Source of the DNA: an uncultured bacterium
GTDB taxonomy: Bacteria; Patescibacteriota; Minisyncoccia; Phycocordibacterales; PALSA-1337
Reading direction: 5' to 3'
DNA length: 59,756 bases
Assembly (NCBI GenBank): GCA_903839725.1
Contig: CAIMDG010000001.1
Coordinates: 173,559 to 233,314 of the forward strand
A program made the translations under genes and the position numbers. The notes below the pieces were generated by a model that saw nothing but the letters and a program-made list of their open reading frames with translations, searched no databases and was not told where the DNA came from. How positions within the stretch are numbered: position 1 is the first letter of the stretch; every line of letters starts with the position of its first letter. Of this stretch, positions 17,619 to 27,222 are shown one piece after another.

Positions 17619-18047
17619 TTATAAGTACTCCTTGTATAGTTTTATAAAATTAGGAAATTGTGAATGTAATGGTGACGGAAGATTGTCAAGGGTGAACCAT
17701 TCTACGGCATCAAACTTGTGTGGTTCACCATTTGCGACCTTGTCTGGATCAATTAAGACTTTGAAATCGAGAGCAATCCAATGCGTTTTCTTTCCTGCGT
17801 TTTCTCGATGAACATCTCTATAACCTAGGAATTCAAAACTAAGAACATCTGTGCAATATTCTTCAGCAATTTCTTTTTTAAGGGTATTAATGACTGAGTC
17901 ATTGAGTTCGATACCACCTCCCCCAGGGTCCCATGTTCCTTGTTCATCGCGGCAATTCTGACTTCTTTTATTTAATAGAAAATTTCCCTTGCCATCATGA
18001 CAAAAATAAACTACTGCATTACCGATATAGTCGACTCCTTTTTGCAT
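17619..18047 (-). CDS. Nudix hydrolase
   Basis: Nudix box GGGIELNDSVINTLKKEIAEEYCTDV. Confidence 0.85.
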   Translation of the reverse strand: MQKGVDYIGNAVVYFCHDGKGNFLLNKRSQNCRDEQGTWDPGGGGIELNDSVINTLKKEIAEEYCTDVLSFEFLGYRDVHRENAGKKTHWIALDFKVLIDPDKVANGEPHKFDAVEWFTLDNLPSPLHSQFPNFIKLYKEYL

Positions 18048-18078
18048 GATAAAGATTATAGCAAAATATTAAGGATAT

Positions 18079-18111
18079 AAAAAATCAGCTCAAGTTGTTA
18101 GCTTGAGCTGA
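18079..18111 (-). terminator. Rho-independent terminator of the PEP-CTERM gene
   Basis: 10-bp stem tcagctcaag / cttgagctga, followed by T6 on the minus strand. Confidence 0.7.
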
Positions 18112-18139
18112 TATTGATTTTGGGTTCCAGGATGTTGCT

Positions 18140-19177
18140 TTATTGTGAGCGCCTACGCATGAGTGCAAGGGCACCAACACCAAGTGCTACGAGGCTGGCT
18201 GATGCCGGCTCTGGCACCGTTGTTGGAGTCAGCAAAAAAGTATCACCATTTGGACCGATCCCTGCGATCTGCCCGTTGTCGTTAATTGCTTGGGCGGCAA
18301 TACTTAGCCCGTCTAACGCACCGCTATTGACGATGTTTAGACCGTAATACTGACCGTCTTGGTAGATACTTCCGTCAGCAATTATCTCGCCGCTATTGTT
18401 GATAGCACTCAAAGTTGACCCGGGGAACAATCTCAGGTTTCCATTATCCCAGAGAAAACTTCCGACATCACATTGGCCGATGATTTGATTGTTATCGTTA
18501 ATAGCAACTGCTTTGCTAAACGATCCCCCGAGACCGAGGTTGATCACGGATCCGTTTTGCCACATCACTGCGGTTATTACCCCTGATCCATAGGATTGGC
18601 CAACAGTGACATTGTTGTTATTGATCCCGAAGGCTCTTGCCATGTTGTCATTAGACAGAGAAGGCAAGATACTGCTAACACCATTCTGCCAGTAGAAGTT
18701 ACCCCTTGTGTTAACAGAGCCCGCACCAACAACAACATTGTTGTTGTTGATTCCGTAGGCAATGCTACCAGTATCCAAGCCTGGGGGGCCTTTAACACCT
18801 AGGTCAGTTGCTGATCCATTCTTCCAAATAAAGGCACGGTTGAAACCGGCCAAACTTGAGGAGTAGTAGGACCCAACAACACTACCAGAGTCATTGACAC
18901 TGAATGCCTTGGTCAAGGTCATACCGTTGTAGGTTCCACCACCAAAGTCACCAAGGACTGTGAACGAGCCGTTGTTCCATATGAGACCTCGGCTTGAGGA
19001 ATCATAAGGTGACATTGAGTATCCGGTAACCATTCCGGAATTGTTAATGTCAGTTATAGTTGTTGTCCAACCGGCATTTGGATTGCCGAGGTCAACCGCC
19101 GTGTAATTGAGCACGCTTGCAGATGCAGACGAGGCTAACGCAAAGATAGCTGCGAGGATAAGAACATACTTTTTCAT
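18140..19177 (-). CDS. HAF-repeat extracellular protein with PEP-CTERM sorting signal
   Basis: Signal peptide MKKYVLILAAIFALASSASA, repeated AxGINNxxxVVG...W.NG units, and a C-terminal VPEPASASLVALGVGALALMRRR. The ATG at 19177 is preferred to the track start at 19234. Confidence 0.75.
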   Translation of the reverse strand: MKKYVLILAAIFALASSASASVLNYTAVDLGNPNAGWTTTITDINNSGMVTGYSMSPYDSSSRGLIWNNGSFTVLGDFGGGTYNGMTLTKAFSVNDSGSVVGSYYSSSLAGFNRAFIWKNGSATDLGVKGPPGLDTGSIAYGINNNNVVVGAGSVNTRGNFYWQNGVSSILPSLSNDNMARAFGINNNNVTVGQSYGSGVITAVMWQNGSVINLGLGGSFSKAVAINDNNQIIGQCDVGSFLWDNGNLRLFPGSTLSAINNSGEIIADGSIYQDGQYYGLNIVNSGALDGLSIAAQAINDNGQIAGIGPNGDTFLLTPTTVPEPASASLVALGVGALALMRRRSQ

Positions 19178-19245
19178 TTTGAACCTTTCTGTAAAGAACT
19201 TTGTTTGTTTTCGTGAATACCACTCAGTATTCAACCAGTATTGAC

Positions 19246-19272
19246 ATTATAACATATCAGTTGCATTGTCAA
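19246..19272 (-). promoter_or_regulatory. Strong promoter (TTGACA, 15 nt, TGtTATAAT) for the PEP-CTERM gene
   Basis: On the minus strand: consensus -35, then an extended -10 and consensus TATAAT. The 15-nt spacer is short. Confidence 0.55.
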
Positions 19273-19278
19273 CTAAGT

Positions 19279-19455
19279 CTATTTTCCTGCAAATGGTTGA
19301 GATGCATCTCCCTTGTTTGAAAAATAGAAAGACGATGCTGCAATCGCAAGGATCATAAATTGATCTACTGGCAACTTCCCTATTATGAATCCTGTACACG
19401 CAGTGATTGTTAGCAAAACAAAGACGACTTTTGATGCTGATTGATAAATTTGCAT
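19279..19455 (-). CDS. Putative holin (58 aa, two TM segments)
   Basis: MQIYQSASKVVFVLLTITACTGFIIGKLPVDQFMILAIAASSFYF. Lies immediately downstream of the endolysin. The ATG at 19455 avoids overlap with it. Confidence 0.45.
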   Translation of the reverse strand: MQIYQSASKVVFVLLTITACTGFIIGKLPVDQFMILAIAASSFYFSNKGDASQPFAGK

Positions 19456-19459
19456 ATTT

Positions 19460-20062
19460 TTATAATTGATTAAGTAAGCTGATAATTTGTGACTTGATTC
19501 CATCCTTATTTACAGTCGATGGAAACAATCTCTTGAGTAATTCTGTGCGAACATTTTCAGGTCTTTCCTTATAATCAGCAATGTCTGCGTGAACGAGGAT
19601 GTTTTTCTCATCAAGCACGAATGCTGTGTCGGGATTGTTTGCAAAAGACTTCACAAGTTCTGTAAGAGTCTGGTATTGCCATTCGGTAATATCATTTTCG
19701 TTTGGTTCGACTACTCCATCTTGATCTACGTCATATCCGGCCGCTAGTTCAATACCGATTGTGTATTGATTTGGATTTACATACGAACCATCGAGATTCT
19801 TTAGCATGATTCGCTTAGCACGATCATCCGGATTACTTATATTTCCTGCATGCCATGCAATATCCGTGACCTTCACAAGCTGAATAACTTCGCCTTGATT
19901 ACGACCGATAATGAAATTTGAGGACGATCTGTTTGGTCGGTTAGCATTCATGAGCCAACTCACAGCTCCGTTGTATGCTCCAAGTGTAAAATGAAGGACA
20001 ACAGCCAGCTTCTTTGTGTTGCCTGGTGTGTAATTTGGTGTTTGTTGGAATTGAATATTCAT
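19460..20062 (-). CDS. N-acetylmuramoyl-L-alanine amidase (endolysin, PGRP/Amidase_2-like)
   Basis: VVLHFTLGAYNGAVSWL, AWHAG and YTIGIELA motifs. Sits in the phage lysis position. Confidence 0.8.
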   Translation of the reverse strand: MNIQFQQTPNYTPGNTKKLAVVLHFTLGAYNGAVSWLMNANRPNRSSSNFIIGRNQGEVIQLVKVTDIAWHAGNISNPDDRAKRIMLKNLDGSYVNPNQYTIGIELAAGYDVDQDGVVEPNENDITEWQYQTLTELVKSFANNPDTAFVLDEKNILVHADIADYKERPENVRTELLKRLFPSTVNKDGIKSQIISLLNQL

Positions 20063-20065
20063 GTA

Positions 20066-20437
20066 TTATTTTTTAGCTGGTAATCGTTCATCTAGAAGTG
20101 TTTCGACTTTTATGACTTCTTGCTGTAAATCAATTACTTGATCCTGCAGGTCGCTCACTTTACCCTCGATTGTATGAAGATCGTTGTCTTTGATATTCTG
20201 AATCTGTAGTTGCATCTTCTGTTGAGCATCCATCTGATCCTTTATTCTTTGAATCTCAAGATTGCTTGTATTCTGCGGACCAGTTATCCAAAAAATAAAA
20301 CCTGCGGATACACTAACGATCGTCACCGCAATTGTGACTTCACTAAAGAATACTTTTCTGATTTTGCTTTCTTGTTTTTCCATAATATTTTGTTTGAAGG
20401 ACATTTGCGCTGATTTATTTTCTATGGATATATACAC
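20066..20437 (-). CDS. Membrane-anchored coiled-coil protein (holin- or spanin-like)
   Basis: One TM segment (VTIAVTIVSVSAGFIFWI) followed by a Q/D-rich coiled coil. Adjacent to the endolysin. Start uncertain (M1, M12 or M19). Confidence 0.4.
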   Translation of the reverse strand: MYISIENKSAQMSFKQNIMEKQESKIRKVFFSEVTIAVTIVSVSAGFIFWITGPQNTSNLEIQRIKDQMDAQQKMQLQIQNIKDNDLHTIEGKVSDLQDQVIDLQQEVIKVETLLDERLPAKK

Positions 20438-20443
20438 TCATCC

Positions 20444-20596
20444 ATGTATTACGCTTTATTTTTTATATTGTTAATAATTGGTGTGACATTTGGTGGAATA
20501 TTTTTCGGGACCGCAGGCATCTTGCTCGGTGCTATTCTGGCTTTTATGGTGACGCTTGGTTTAGCTGTTCTGTTGGCGTATTTAGGAGTTGGTTAA
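20444..20596 (+). CDS. Possible 50-aa two-TM hydrophobic peptide, antisense to the phage late operon
   Basis: Below the track cutoff. Sequence MYYALFFILLIIGVTFGGIFFGTAGILLGAILAFMVTLGLAVLLAYLGVG. Fills the 20438-20543 gap and overlaps the 3' end of the 690-aa gene by 53 nt. Confidence 0.3.
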   Translation: MYYALFFILLIIGVTFGGIFFGTAGILLGAILAFMVTLGLAVLLAYLGVG

Positions 20597-22616
20597 CCGC
20601 CTTTACCCCTCCTGAGTTCAAAAGTTGCACCCAGTACTTCGCAGCGTTCAAACTACCCACCTCTGTCAATTTGTCGGCAAGGTGAGCCTTCTGGACAGCA
20701 CGGAGCGTGTTGAACCACGTGCTATTGAGCGCTGTAGTAAGCCCTACAGCAAGACTTCCACCTGCCAGTGATCCAACTGTCGACCCGACTGGACCGCCAA
20801 CGAATCCTCCGGCAGTACCTCCAGCTGTCGCACCTCCACTACCAACAATTGCGTTGAACCATGAAATGAGCGGACGAGCTTCTTTACGTTTTGCAGTCTC
20901 ATCTAAGACATCAAATAGTTTTGAATTGAGACTATAAACTTCATTGATTTTTGCGTAGTCAGGATTGTTGGTGTTGAGCAGACCTCGAATCGCTCCGTCG
21001 ATTTTTCTAACTTGTGAAAGAGTATTGTTATCATCAACAGTTTTGATACTCTTTCTTGTTTCGTACACAGTATTTCCATAATCTTGAGCAAGCTCTCGAA
21101 GATCCTGCTGATATGCTTCAGTTGGTTTGTTATAAAGATTCAACGCCTCGATATCACCCTTGAGTTTTTGTAACTGATTAATTTTTGAAGAGTTTACAGA
21201 GACCGCTTTCGGCTGAAGACCTTCAGCAACTGATTGCTTTAGTGTATTTAAATAATCATCGACGCTATTTATTCCTGCAGTATCTACGTTGTCGACGATA
21301 TCAGCCGCATCATTGATGCCACTGTGGCGAAGTTGGTCAATAATATTTTTCTTTGCATCATCAAGGACAGCTTGTAGTCCACCAGCTTTACTTACTTGAT
21401 CTACCATATCAGGTTCATTGATAATCTGATCGGCAGTCTTTAGGTGATTTACAATTGCGCTATCAATAACATTATTCTTTTCCGCCAATGCTCGGCCACC
21501 TCTTGAGTATTTTGCAATCTCGTCATCAATATTTTGAATGAGTCCTTGTGTATCAGCAGTGCCTTGAAGTTCACCAAGTTTTTCGTATTCAGCAGAAGAT
21601 AGTTTGATTCCGCTTTCAGCTTTTTGAATAAGCTGTTTTCGTGTACCCCATACATTCTGATCGAGGAGGTCAGGAATAATCTGATCAGCAGTATCTTTGT
21701 ATTTTTCTTTTGTAGCTGCGAGACCTTTCTTGTAACTTGCGATAGCTTCTTGATCAAGTGTGTTTGGGTTCACATTTCTAAGGTTAGCTACACCTGAAAG
21801 CGTTCCGCCAATTACACCAGAAACCGAACCGCTTATAAGTGCTTTCTTTACAATCGTTGGTAATGGATCGTTTGCTTGAGCTGATGAGGCTGCACCATAT
21901 GCCATACCAATCGGCACAGCCTGTTTTACGCCCTCAAGAGCCCCTTTTCCAAAGGCGGCGAGCTTTGAAGTGGCTGTTGGAATAGTCTTTTCAAATGCAC
22001 TAGTACCTATTCCTGCCTTGCCTAGAACATTACCCACAGCATTAGAAACAGGACCGGAAACTAGAAGTTTGCCTGTCTGAGCTCCTTTTGCCGCCTCTCC
22101 GTACGTTCCAAATGAGGCTATGTCAGTCGCTACTCCAGCCGCATCTCCGAGAATTTGCGTATTGCTTTTCTTAATTGATGGCACGATATTCCCGAGCTGT
22201 TCCATGTAGTCGGGGTGATTATCATTAATTGATTTAATCGCCGCATCTATGTGCGTAGTATCTTTTCCTGCTGCCTTGAGTGCTTTTCGTTGATTCAAAA
22301 GTTGAGTCATCTGCTGAACATTTTGCAGTGCCTCATCCTGTATCTGATTTGCTGCAAACGGAGCATAGATAGCATCACCAATATCTTGACCGAAGTTCTT
22401 TTCGCTTTGAATGAGAAAACCTCCGACTTTTTTTGCAACATTTGCTGCCTTGCCCCAGAATCCGGTTGTGTCGGGTGCCGGTGTAGGCGCAGGAGTTTGT
22501 TCATCAGGTGTGATCTGCCCTTTCAGCGAATTTAAATATCCCTGAATGTCATTTTGTGATGCACCTTGTTGCTCGAGCGAATCAATATTCTGTTTTACTT
22601 GGGTTCTAGTAAGCAT
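20544..22616 (-). CDS. Phage internal virion / tape-measure-like protein with Gly-rich C-terminal TM region
   Basis: 690 aa, helical and Q/A/K-rich. The C-terminus GSGGATAGGTAGGFVGGPVGSTVGSLAGGSLAVGL is a glycine-zipper membrane segment. Confidence 0.5.
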   Translation of the reverse strand: MLTRTQVKQNIDSLEQQGASQNDIQGYLNSLKGQITPDEQTPAPTPAPDTTGFWGKAANVAKKVGGFLIQSEKNFGQDIGDAIYAPFAANQIQDEALQNVQQMTQLLNQRKALKAAGKDTTHIDAAIKSINDNHPDYMEQLGNIVPSIKKSNTQILGDAAGVATDIASFGTYGEAAKGAQTGKLLVSGPVSNAVGNVLGKAGIGTSAFEKTIPTATSKLAAFGKGALEGVKQAVPIGMAYGAASSAQANDPLPTIVKKALISGSVSGVIGGTLSGVANLRNVNPNTLDQEAIASYKKGLAATKEKYKDTADQIIPDLLDQNVWGTRKQLIQKAESGIKLSSAEYEKLGELQGTADTQGLIQNIDDEIAKYSRGGRALAEKNNVIDSAIVNHLKTADQIINEPDMVDQVSKAGGLQAVLDDAKKNIIDQLRHSGINDAADIVDNVDTAGINSVDDYLNTLKQSVAEGLQPKAVSVNSSKINQLQKLKGDIEALNLYNKPTEAYQQDLRELAQDYGNTVYETRKSIKTVDDNNTLSQVRKIDGAIRGLLNTNNPDYAKINEVYSLNSKLFDVLDETAKRKEARPLISWFNAIVGSGGATAGGTAGGFVGGPVGSTVGSLAGGSLAVGLTTALNSTWFNTLRAVQKAHLADKLTEVGSLNAAKYWVQLLNSGGVKAVNQLLNTPTEQLNQASP

Positions 22617-22618
22617 GG

Positions 22619-24289
22619 CTAGTTTGGTATGTGATAAACCTTTCCTGATTGAGAAGTATAAGTTGTTGGAGACGACAAATTCTGATCAGGTTTGTTCTGT
22701 TGACCTCCAGTTGTCGGATCTCCGTATACACTTGTCTGCGATAGAAGTGATGATTTCTTTTTCTGTAGAAATTCTCGGAGTTGTTCCATGTTTGAAGCGA
22801 ATGTTTCTGGTGGAAGATTTCCATCAATGATGTCGATACCGAGCTTGAGCTTCATGTCGGTACCAGAGCCGTATCCAAGCACACCTGAAATTTCATCGGC
22901 GAGAAGTTGCTGTGCTTGATCAAACTTCGCCACAGATTTGTCACCGACTTGATACTTGGCAGGAAGGACAATTTTGTTGACCGCAGGTACTCCACTTCTA
23001 GTTGCATCAGTCGAAAGACTGATGATGGTATCAATATTTGAGAGTGCATTATCAGCCGCAGAGAGTTGTTTACGAACACCTGTATCTTTGTAGAAGTCGT
23101 ATCCTGCTTCAAAGTCAGCGGCATTAAATTGAGGGTTGAGTTCGCTTGCAAGTTGGTAGATTCCAAGTTTCTGATCTATGTTTCTTGAGTATGCATAAAG
23201 GGTGCGGAATTGATTAAACGTAAGGGCACCATAGGCAAGGTCAGAGGCTACTTTGTATTGAGGACTTTTAGAATCAAATGTTATCGGAGTGTCACTCGTT
23301 CCCGATCCACTCGTATCTGCTTTTGGCTGTGATGCCATGAGTGTAGTTTTCCCCGTTGCAGGATCGTAGGAATAACGAGCTTGTCCGGCATTGAGATTGA
23401 ATTGATTCGTATCAGCATTTGTCTTTGCCAAGTCGGCAGCATTCTTTGCAGTAGCTTGGTCTTGTGAGGTCTTTGTGTCCGTATACAACGATGTGAGTTG
23501 GTCACGAGTAAATCCGTACTGATCCTGCAACTTTTGGAAATCTGAATCACTGAGTTGTTTAGGATCAACGCCGAGTGAAATCATATTCTTAACAAAGGCA
23601 GTAATTTGATTCTTCTTTTGCTGACCTTGTGTATCCAAAAACTGCAGATATTTATCGATACCTTGTTGAATCGATGCACGCTTTGCGGTGATTTCATTTT
23701 GAGCATCTTGATTTGCATAACCAAATAGAGCAGAGATTTTTTGGTTGGCATCGTTCTGGTACGTCTGAGCTTCCTGATTGTTCATATTCTCGACATTTTG
23801 TACTTCAGACTCCCCTGTTGGACTTCCAATTCTTCCACCTGCGGCCGCAAGTGCATACGCCTGACCCTCTCTTTTCTTCCCTGTCGTATTCTTGAAGTTT
23901 GCTATTTGATCAGCTACTGCGGCATTAATTGCATCAATCTGACTCTGCATTCTTGAGCGTGTTGCAGCACGAATAGCCTCCTCATCTATCTGTTGAGTAG
24001 CTTGTGATTTTAATTGCTGACCTACTTGATTGACGTTTGGATCCTGAACATAATCCGGGACCGATACTTTCGCCACTTGAGCGATGGTCTGCTTTTGAGC
24101 TGGCGGTACGACTGCAGGTGCTGGCGTAGGTGCAGGAGCTGTATCTCCAATACTCAAACTGCGACCCGCATATATTTTATTCGGATCAGTGATTGAGGGA
24201 TTGAGTTGCAAGAGCTGTTGAATACTCTTTCCGGTCTTTGCCGCAATTCCGCTTAATGTGTCGCCATATTGTATCGTGTATACGCTCAT
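22619..24289 (-). CDS. LysM-domain virion protein
   Basis: The N-terminus YTIQYGDTLSGIAAKTGKSIQQLLQLNPSITDPNKIYAGRSLSIG is a LysM motif. A Q-rich extended region follows. Confidence 0.7.
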   Translation of the reverse strand: MSVYTIQYGDTLSGIAAKTGKSIQQLLQLNPSITDPNKIYAGRSLSIGDTAPAPTPAPAVVPPAQKQTIAQVAKVSVPDYVQDPNVNQVGQQLKSQATQQIDEEAIRAATRSRMQSQIDAINAAVADQIANFKNTTGKKREGQAYALAAAGGRIGSPTGESEVQNVENMNNQEAQTYQNDANQKISALFGYANQDAQNEITAKRASIQQGIDKYLQFLDTQGQQKKNQITAFVKNMISLGVDPKQLSDSDFQKLQDQYGFTRDQLTSLYTDTKTSQDQATAKNAADLAKTNADTNQFNLNAGQARYSYDPATGKTTLMASQPKADTSGSGTSDTPITFDSKSPQYKVASDLAYGALTFNQFRTLYAYSRNIDQKLGIYQLASELNPQFNAADFEAGYDFYKDTGVRKQLSAADNALSNIDTIISLSTDATRSGVPAVNKIVLPAKYQVGDKSVAKFDQAQQLLADEISGVLGYGSGTDMKLKLGIDIIDGNLPPETFASNMEQLREFLQKKKSSLLSQTSVYGDPTTGGQQNKPDQNLSSPTTYTSQSGKVYHIPN

Positions 24290-24295
24290 AATTTT

Positions 24296-26386
24296 TTATT
24301 CAATCTCGACGTAGGTACGAGCAATTGTAAAGTCGAGCGTGTAACTGCTACCATTTTTAATTTTTAAATATCCAACATTTTCGTTTATTGGCATATTTAT
24401 AAACTTTGGTTCAGCAAGGAAGCAGTAATTCATTGTCACCGAAGTGAATAGGTCATCTTTGTTATAGACCTGAAGAGTTATCTGATCAGAAGAACAGTAG
24501 TGAAAGAAGCTACCGTATGAAGTGTTGTTGAACAGTGCAAACATTTTTGTTCCACATTGAACGTATCGCTGGTTGAAGTTGTAGTTATCGAAGTCACGAT
24601 CACTATGGAAAAATGTTCGCCAGAATCCACCGCTAGTCGTTCCTGAGTATGGATTTCCAGATCCAAATGTCAGAGTGTTAGCAACAGTATCAACTGTGAT
24701 TTTCTTTCCACACGCACCACTTCCCTGACAGAGAATGAAAAAGTAATCACTTCCAGGAGTAATAGTGAATATGTTGTCACGTATCACTTCTTGGTTTCCG
24801 TTATTTTGTCTGTTACCGAGACTCGTATTTTGCGTTACTGCTGAAGTTGTTCCTGAGACAGTAATAAAGGCAGCATTTCTTGTATCACCGTTATTTCCAG
24901 TGTCGTAACCGGACCATAGCCAAATAAATTTATCTGTAGCGACTTGAGTTGCTGCATGATAAATTGAACCGCCAATACCTCCTTTTTGCATCGTAAGTTC
25001 AACACCTGTACTTACAGCAGTTCCAGATACTGACAGCGTAACCGTTCGGCATTCGGATGATTTCGAATAAAAGCATTGTGCTTTATCTGTTCCGTTTGCA
25101 ATAAGAATCGGACAAGTTGGTGATCCTGTGATTGTTGTGGCAGCACCATACGATGGCACTGTGCCGGTAATTGTTACGACTTGATATGAATGCTGTGTTC
25201 CGTTTTCCCATACAAGCAAAGCTTTATCTATACCGATTTTTGCGAGTGATGAACGAACAAGTGCAACGTTTGTGACCTGAACTAGTGTGTTCATTGTTAT
25301 ACCAGTACCTGAAAGTGTAGCGACACGAGTCGCTGCGAAACTGGTTGCGGCGGACTGACGATAAGAAAGCAAAATCTTATCTGTGTTTACGAGAATCATA
25401 TCAGCCGCCTCATTCAATCCGTTATTGTCGGCATCAACAATGACAGGAGTTCCGAATGTTAATACTCCATTTGCATCTGTTGATGCAATCACAAGAAAAA
25501 GACCAGTGGTACCTCCGGCTTGGGTATACAGCCATGCAACACGTGAGGCATCGACTTGGATTCCCTTTATTACGTTGTTGCTGCCGTTGGCAGTAAAAGG
25601 CGAAGGGATAGTCGCCATTATTTTGTTCTGCGTATAAATCTTTGGCGTAATCGAACGAACATTTAGATACCTTCTACTGAAATGATTCAGAATCACGGAT
25701 TTTCTGAATGTATTTGGTGCAACAGGGTTTAGTGTTGAGAGAAAGTTTTCATCATACAGACTTCCTTCGTACCAATATTGTGAGAAGTAATTCCATATAC
25801 CCTGCCTTGTTAATCCGTATGATCCGTCAGTGTTTGGTAAATCTATCGGGTACAAGACACTGTCACCATCCTGTTCATCGACTCCCGCTCTTGTAGTTCC
25901 AAGTGTAGATGCATCGAAGAAGTTTGACCCCGAGGTGAATGTCTTTGTTGTAGCTATTGAATTTCCAACTATGCCACCTATTTTCGAAGTAATTACCAGC
26001 GTGTTTCCTACCCACGTTAATGCTGCGGATACTTGAGGATGTTCAATCATTGATAGTGCATATTGGACTCCTGGACCACTATTCAAACTTGTGAGATTGA
26101 TTGCATCGACAATATTTTGCTGAGTCTGAGCTAGAGTTGAGCCAATCAAAATATTTCCATCAGAATTTGTGAGGGTCGTTTGAAATAAATATGTCTTCGT
26201 TCCTATATTTATCACATCTCCATTGGTCGGATTAACCGCAAGAGTTAGAGTGCCTTGCGATGTGATTGCAGGCCATCGAGCAATCTTCTTTCTGTATTCG
26301 CAAAGTCTCATAAATACTGAGAAATCAGCAATTTTTGAAAGTGTATTTTGTGGATTCTTATTTTTTCCTAGTGGTGCTTGAAACAT
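24296..26386 (-). CDS. Tail fibre / receptor-binding protein candidate
   Basis: 696 aa, rich in T/S/G/N and likely beta structure. Lies in the tail module. Its N-terminal module is shared with the capsid insertion domain. Confidence 0.5.
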   Translation of the reverse strand: MFQAPLGKNKNPQNTLSKIADFSVFMRLCEYRKKIARWPAITSQGTLTLAVNPTNGDVINIGTKTYLFQTTLTNSDGNILIGSTLAQTQQNIVDAINLTSLNSGPGVQYALSMIEHPQVSAALTWVGNTLVITSKIGGIVGNSIATTKTFTSGSNFFDASTLGTTRAGVDEQDGDSVLYPIDLPNTDGSYGLTRQGIWNYFSQYWYEGSLYDENFLSTLNPVAPNTFRKSVILNHFSRRYLNVRSITPKIYTQNKIMATIPSPFTANGSNNVIKGIQVDASRVAWLYTQAGGTTGLFLVIASTDANGVLTFGTPVIVDADNNGLNEAADMILVNTDKILLSYRQSAATSFAATRVATLSGTGITMNTLVQVTNVALVRSSLAKIGIDKALLVWENGTQHSYQVVTITGTVPSYGAATTITGSPTCPILIANGTDKAQCFYSKSSECRTVTLSVSGTAVSTGVELTMQKGGIGGSIYHAATQVATDKFIWLWSGYDTGNNGDTRNAAFITVSGTTSAVTQNTSLGNRQNNGNQEVIRDNIFTITPGSDYFFILCQGSGACGKKITVDTVANTLTFGSGNPYSGTTSGGFWRTFFHSDRDFDNYNFNQRYVQCGTKMFALFNNTSYGSFFHYCSSDQITLQVYNKDDLFTSVTMNYCFLAEPKFINMPINENVGYLKIKNGSSYTLDFTIARTYVEIE

Positions 26387-26397
26387 AAATTTATTTA

Positions 26398-27174
26398 TTA
26401 AGGTCTAGTAATACTTACCGCACGATCTCCCGAATAATTTATTCTCCACGTGTTCATGCCGTTGTAGATTTTTATCGGGTTATCGTTGTTGTCGTAACTC
26501 ACAAGATATGTAAGTCCGTTCTCGTTATCTCTCACATTCTTTACTCTGCCTTGAGAGTCATATGTTGTTGTTATTTTATTGAACCCGACAATTACTCCCG
26601 CAAAAACCAGAGACAAAACGTAAGCAAGGTTAACAGCATCATTTGAACCAGATGGGGTTGGTACTTTAGGAGAAGCTACAAAGGTATTATTTCCAGTAAA
26701 TGTATTGTTTCCGTTTAATGGAGCCTTGGTAGCCAATTGTGTATCGGCATATCCTTTTGAAATTAATTGTTTTGAATCATTAAAAGTTGGGTCAGCATCG
26801 TATTTAATCGGGTTCAGTGAATCGAGAGTGTCAGCACCATTCAATATGTCGACAATTATTTTTAAATTAACAAAGTCAGTGAGATAACATTTCGCACCTG
26901 CACGATGTCCGTTTAGATTTTGAACACCAGAAATTTGAACACCTTGGCGTGACACACTATAGATATTTGAGATTGCCGTTCCCGAAAGGTCAAAGATAAG
27001 ATGTTCTTCATCACCTGTTCCTCTGTCAATAATCATGCAGTACTTTGCATTTGGTAGTGCGATACTATTTTTATCTGTAATGCTTGTTAGAGCACCAGAA
27101 GTAGCACCGTTTGCGAGCTTGGTTGCAAGCGATGTTTCAAAGTTTGCGACTACTTTTGTGAGCTTGGTTGACAT
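26398..27174 (-). CDS. Tail fibre-like protein
   Basis: 258 aa. Contains NGNNTFTGNNTF and a YD-like segment (TYDSQGRVKNV...YDNNDNPIKIY). Confidence 0.45.
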   Translation of the reverse strand: MSTKLTKVVANFETSLATKLANGATSGALTSITDKNSIALPNAKYCMIIDRGTGDEEHLIFDLSGTAISNIYSVSRQGVQISGVQNLNGHRAGAKCYLTDFVNLKIIVDILNGADTLDSLNPIKYDADPTFNDSKQLISKGYADTQLATKAPLNGNNTFTGNNTFVASPKVPTPSGSNDAVNLAYVLSLVFAGVIVGFNKITTTYDSQGRVKNVRDNENGLTYLVSYDNNDNPIKIYNGMNTWRINYSGDRAVSITRP

Positions 27175-27192
27175 GGTATTAGTATCTCTCTT

Positions 27193-27222
27193 AAAAAATC
27201 ACGCTAAGACCACGGATTCATT
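27193..27222 (-). promoter_or_regulatory. Phage late-junction motif, copy C
   Basis: Minus strand reads AATGAATCCGTGGTCTTA GCGTGA T6 ... GATACT, then 6 nt, then ATG. The 18-nt core is identical to copies A and B. Confidence 0.6.

Noticed and set aside
27218-27220. Possible UGA recoding, as in some candidate phyla
   Set aside because: TGA ends well-delimited ORFs (e.g. the 633-aa tail gene and the ParB-methylase at 37356). Long genes are uninterrupted under the standard code, so there is no sign of stop-codon reassignment.
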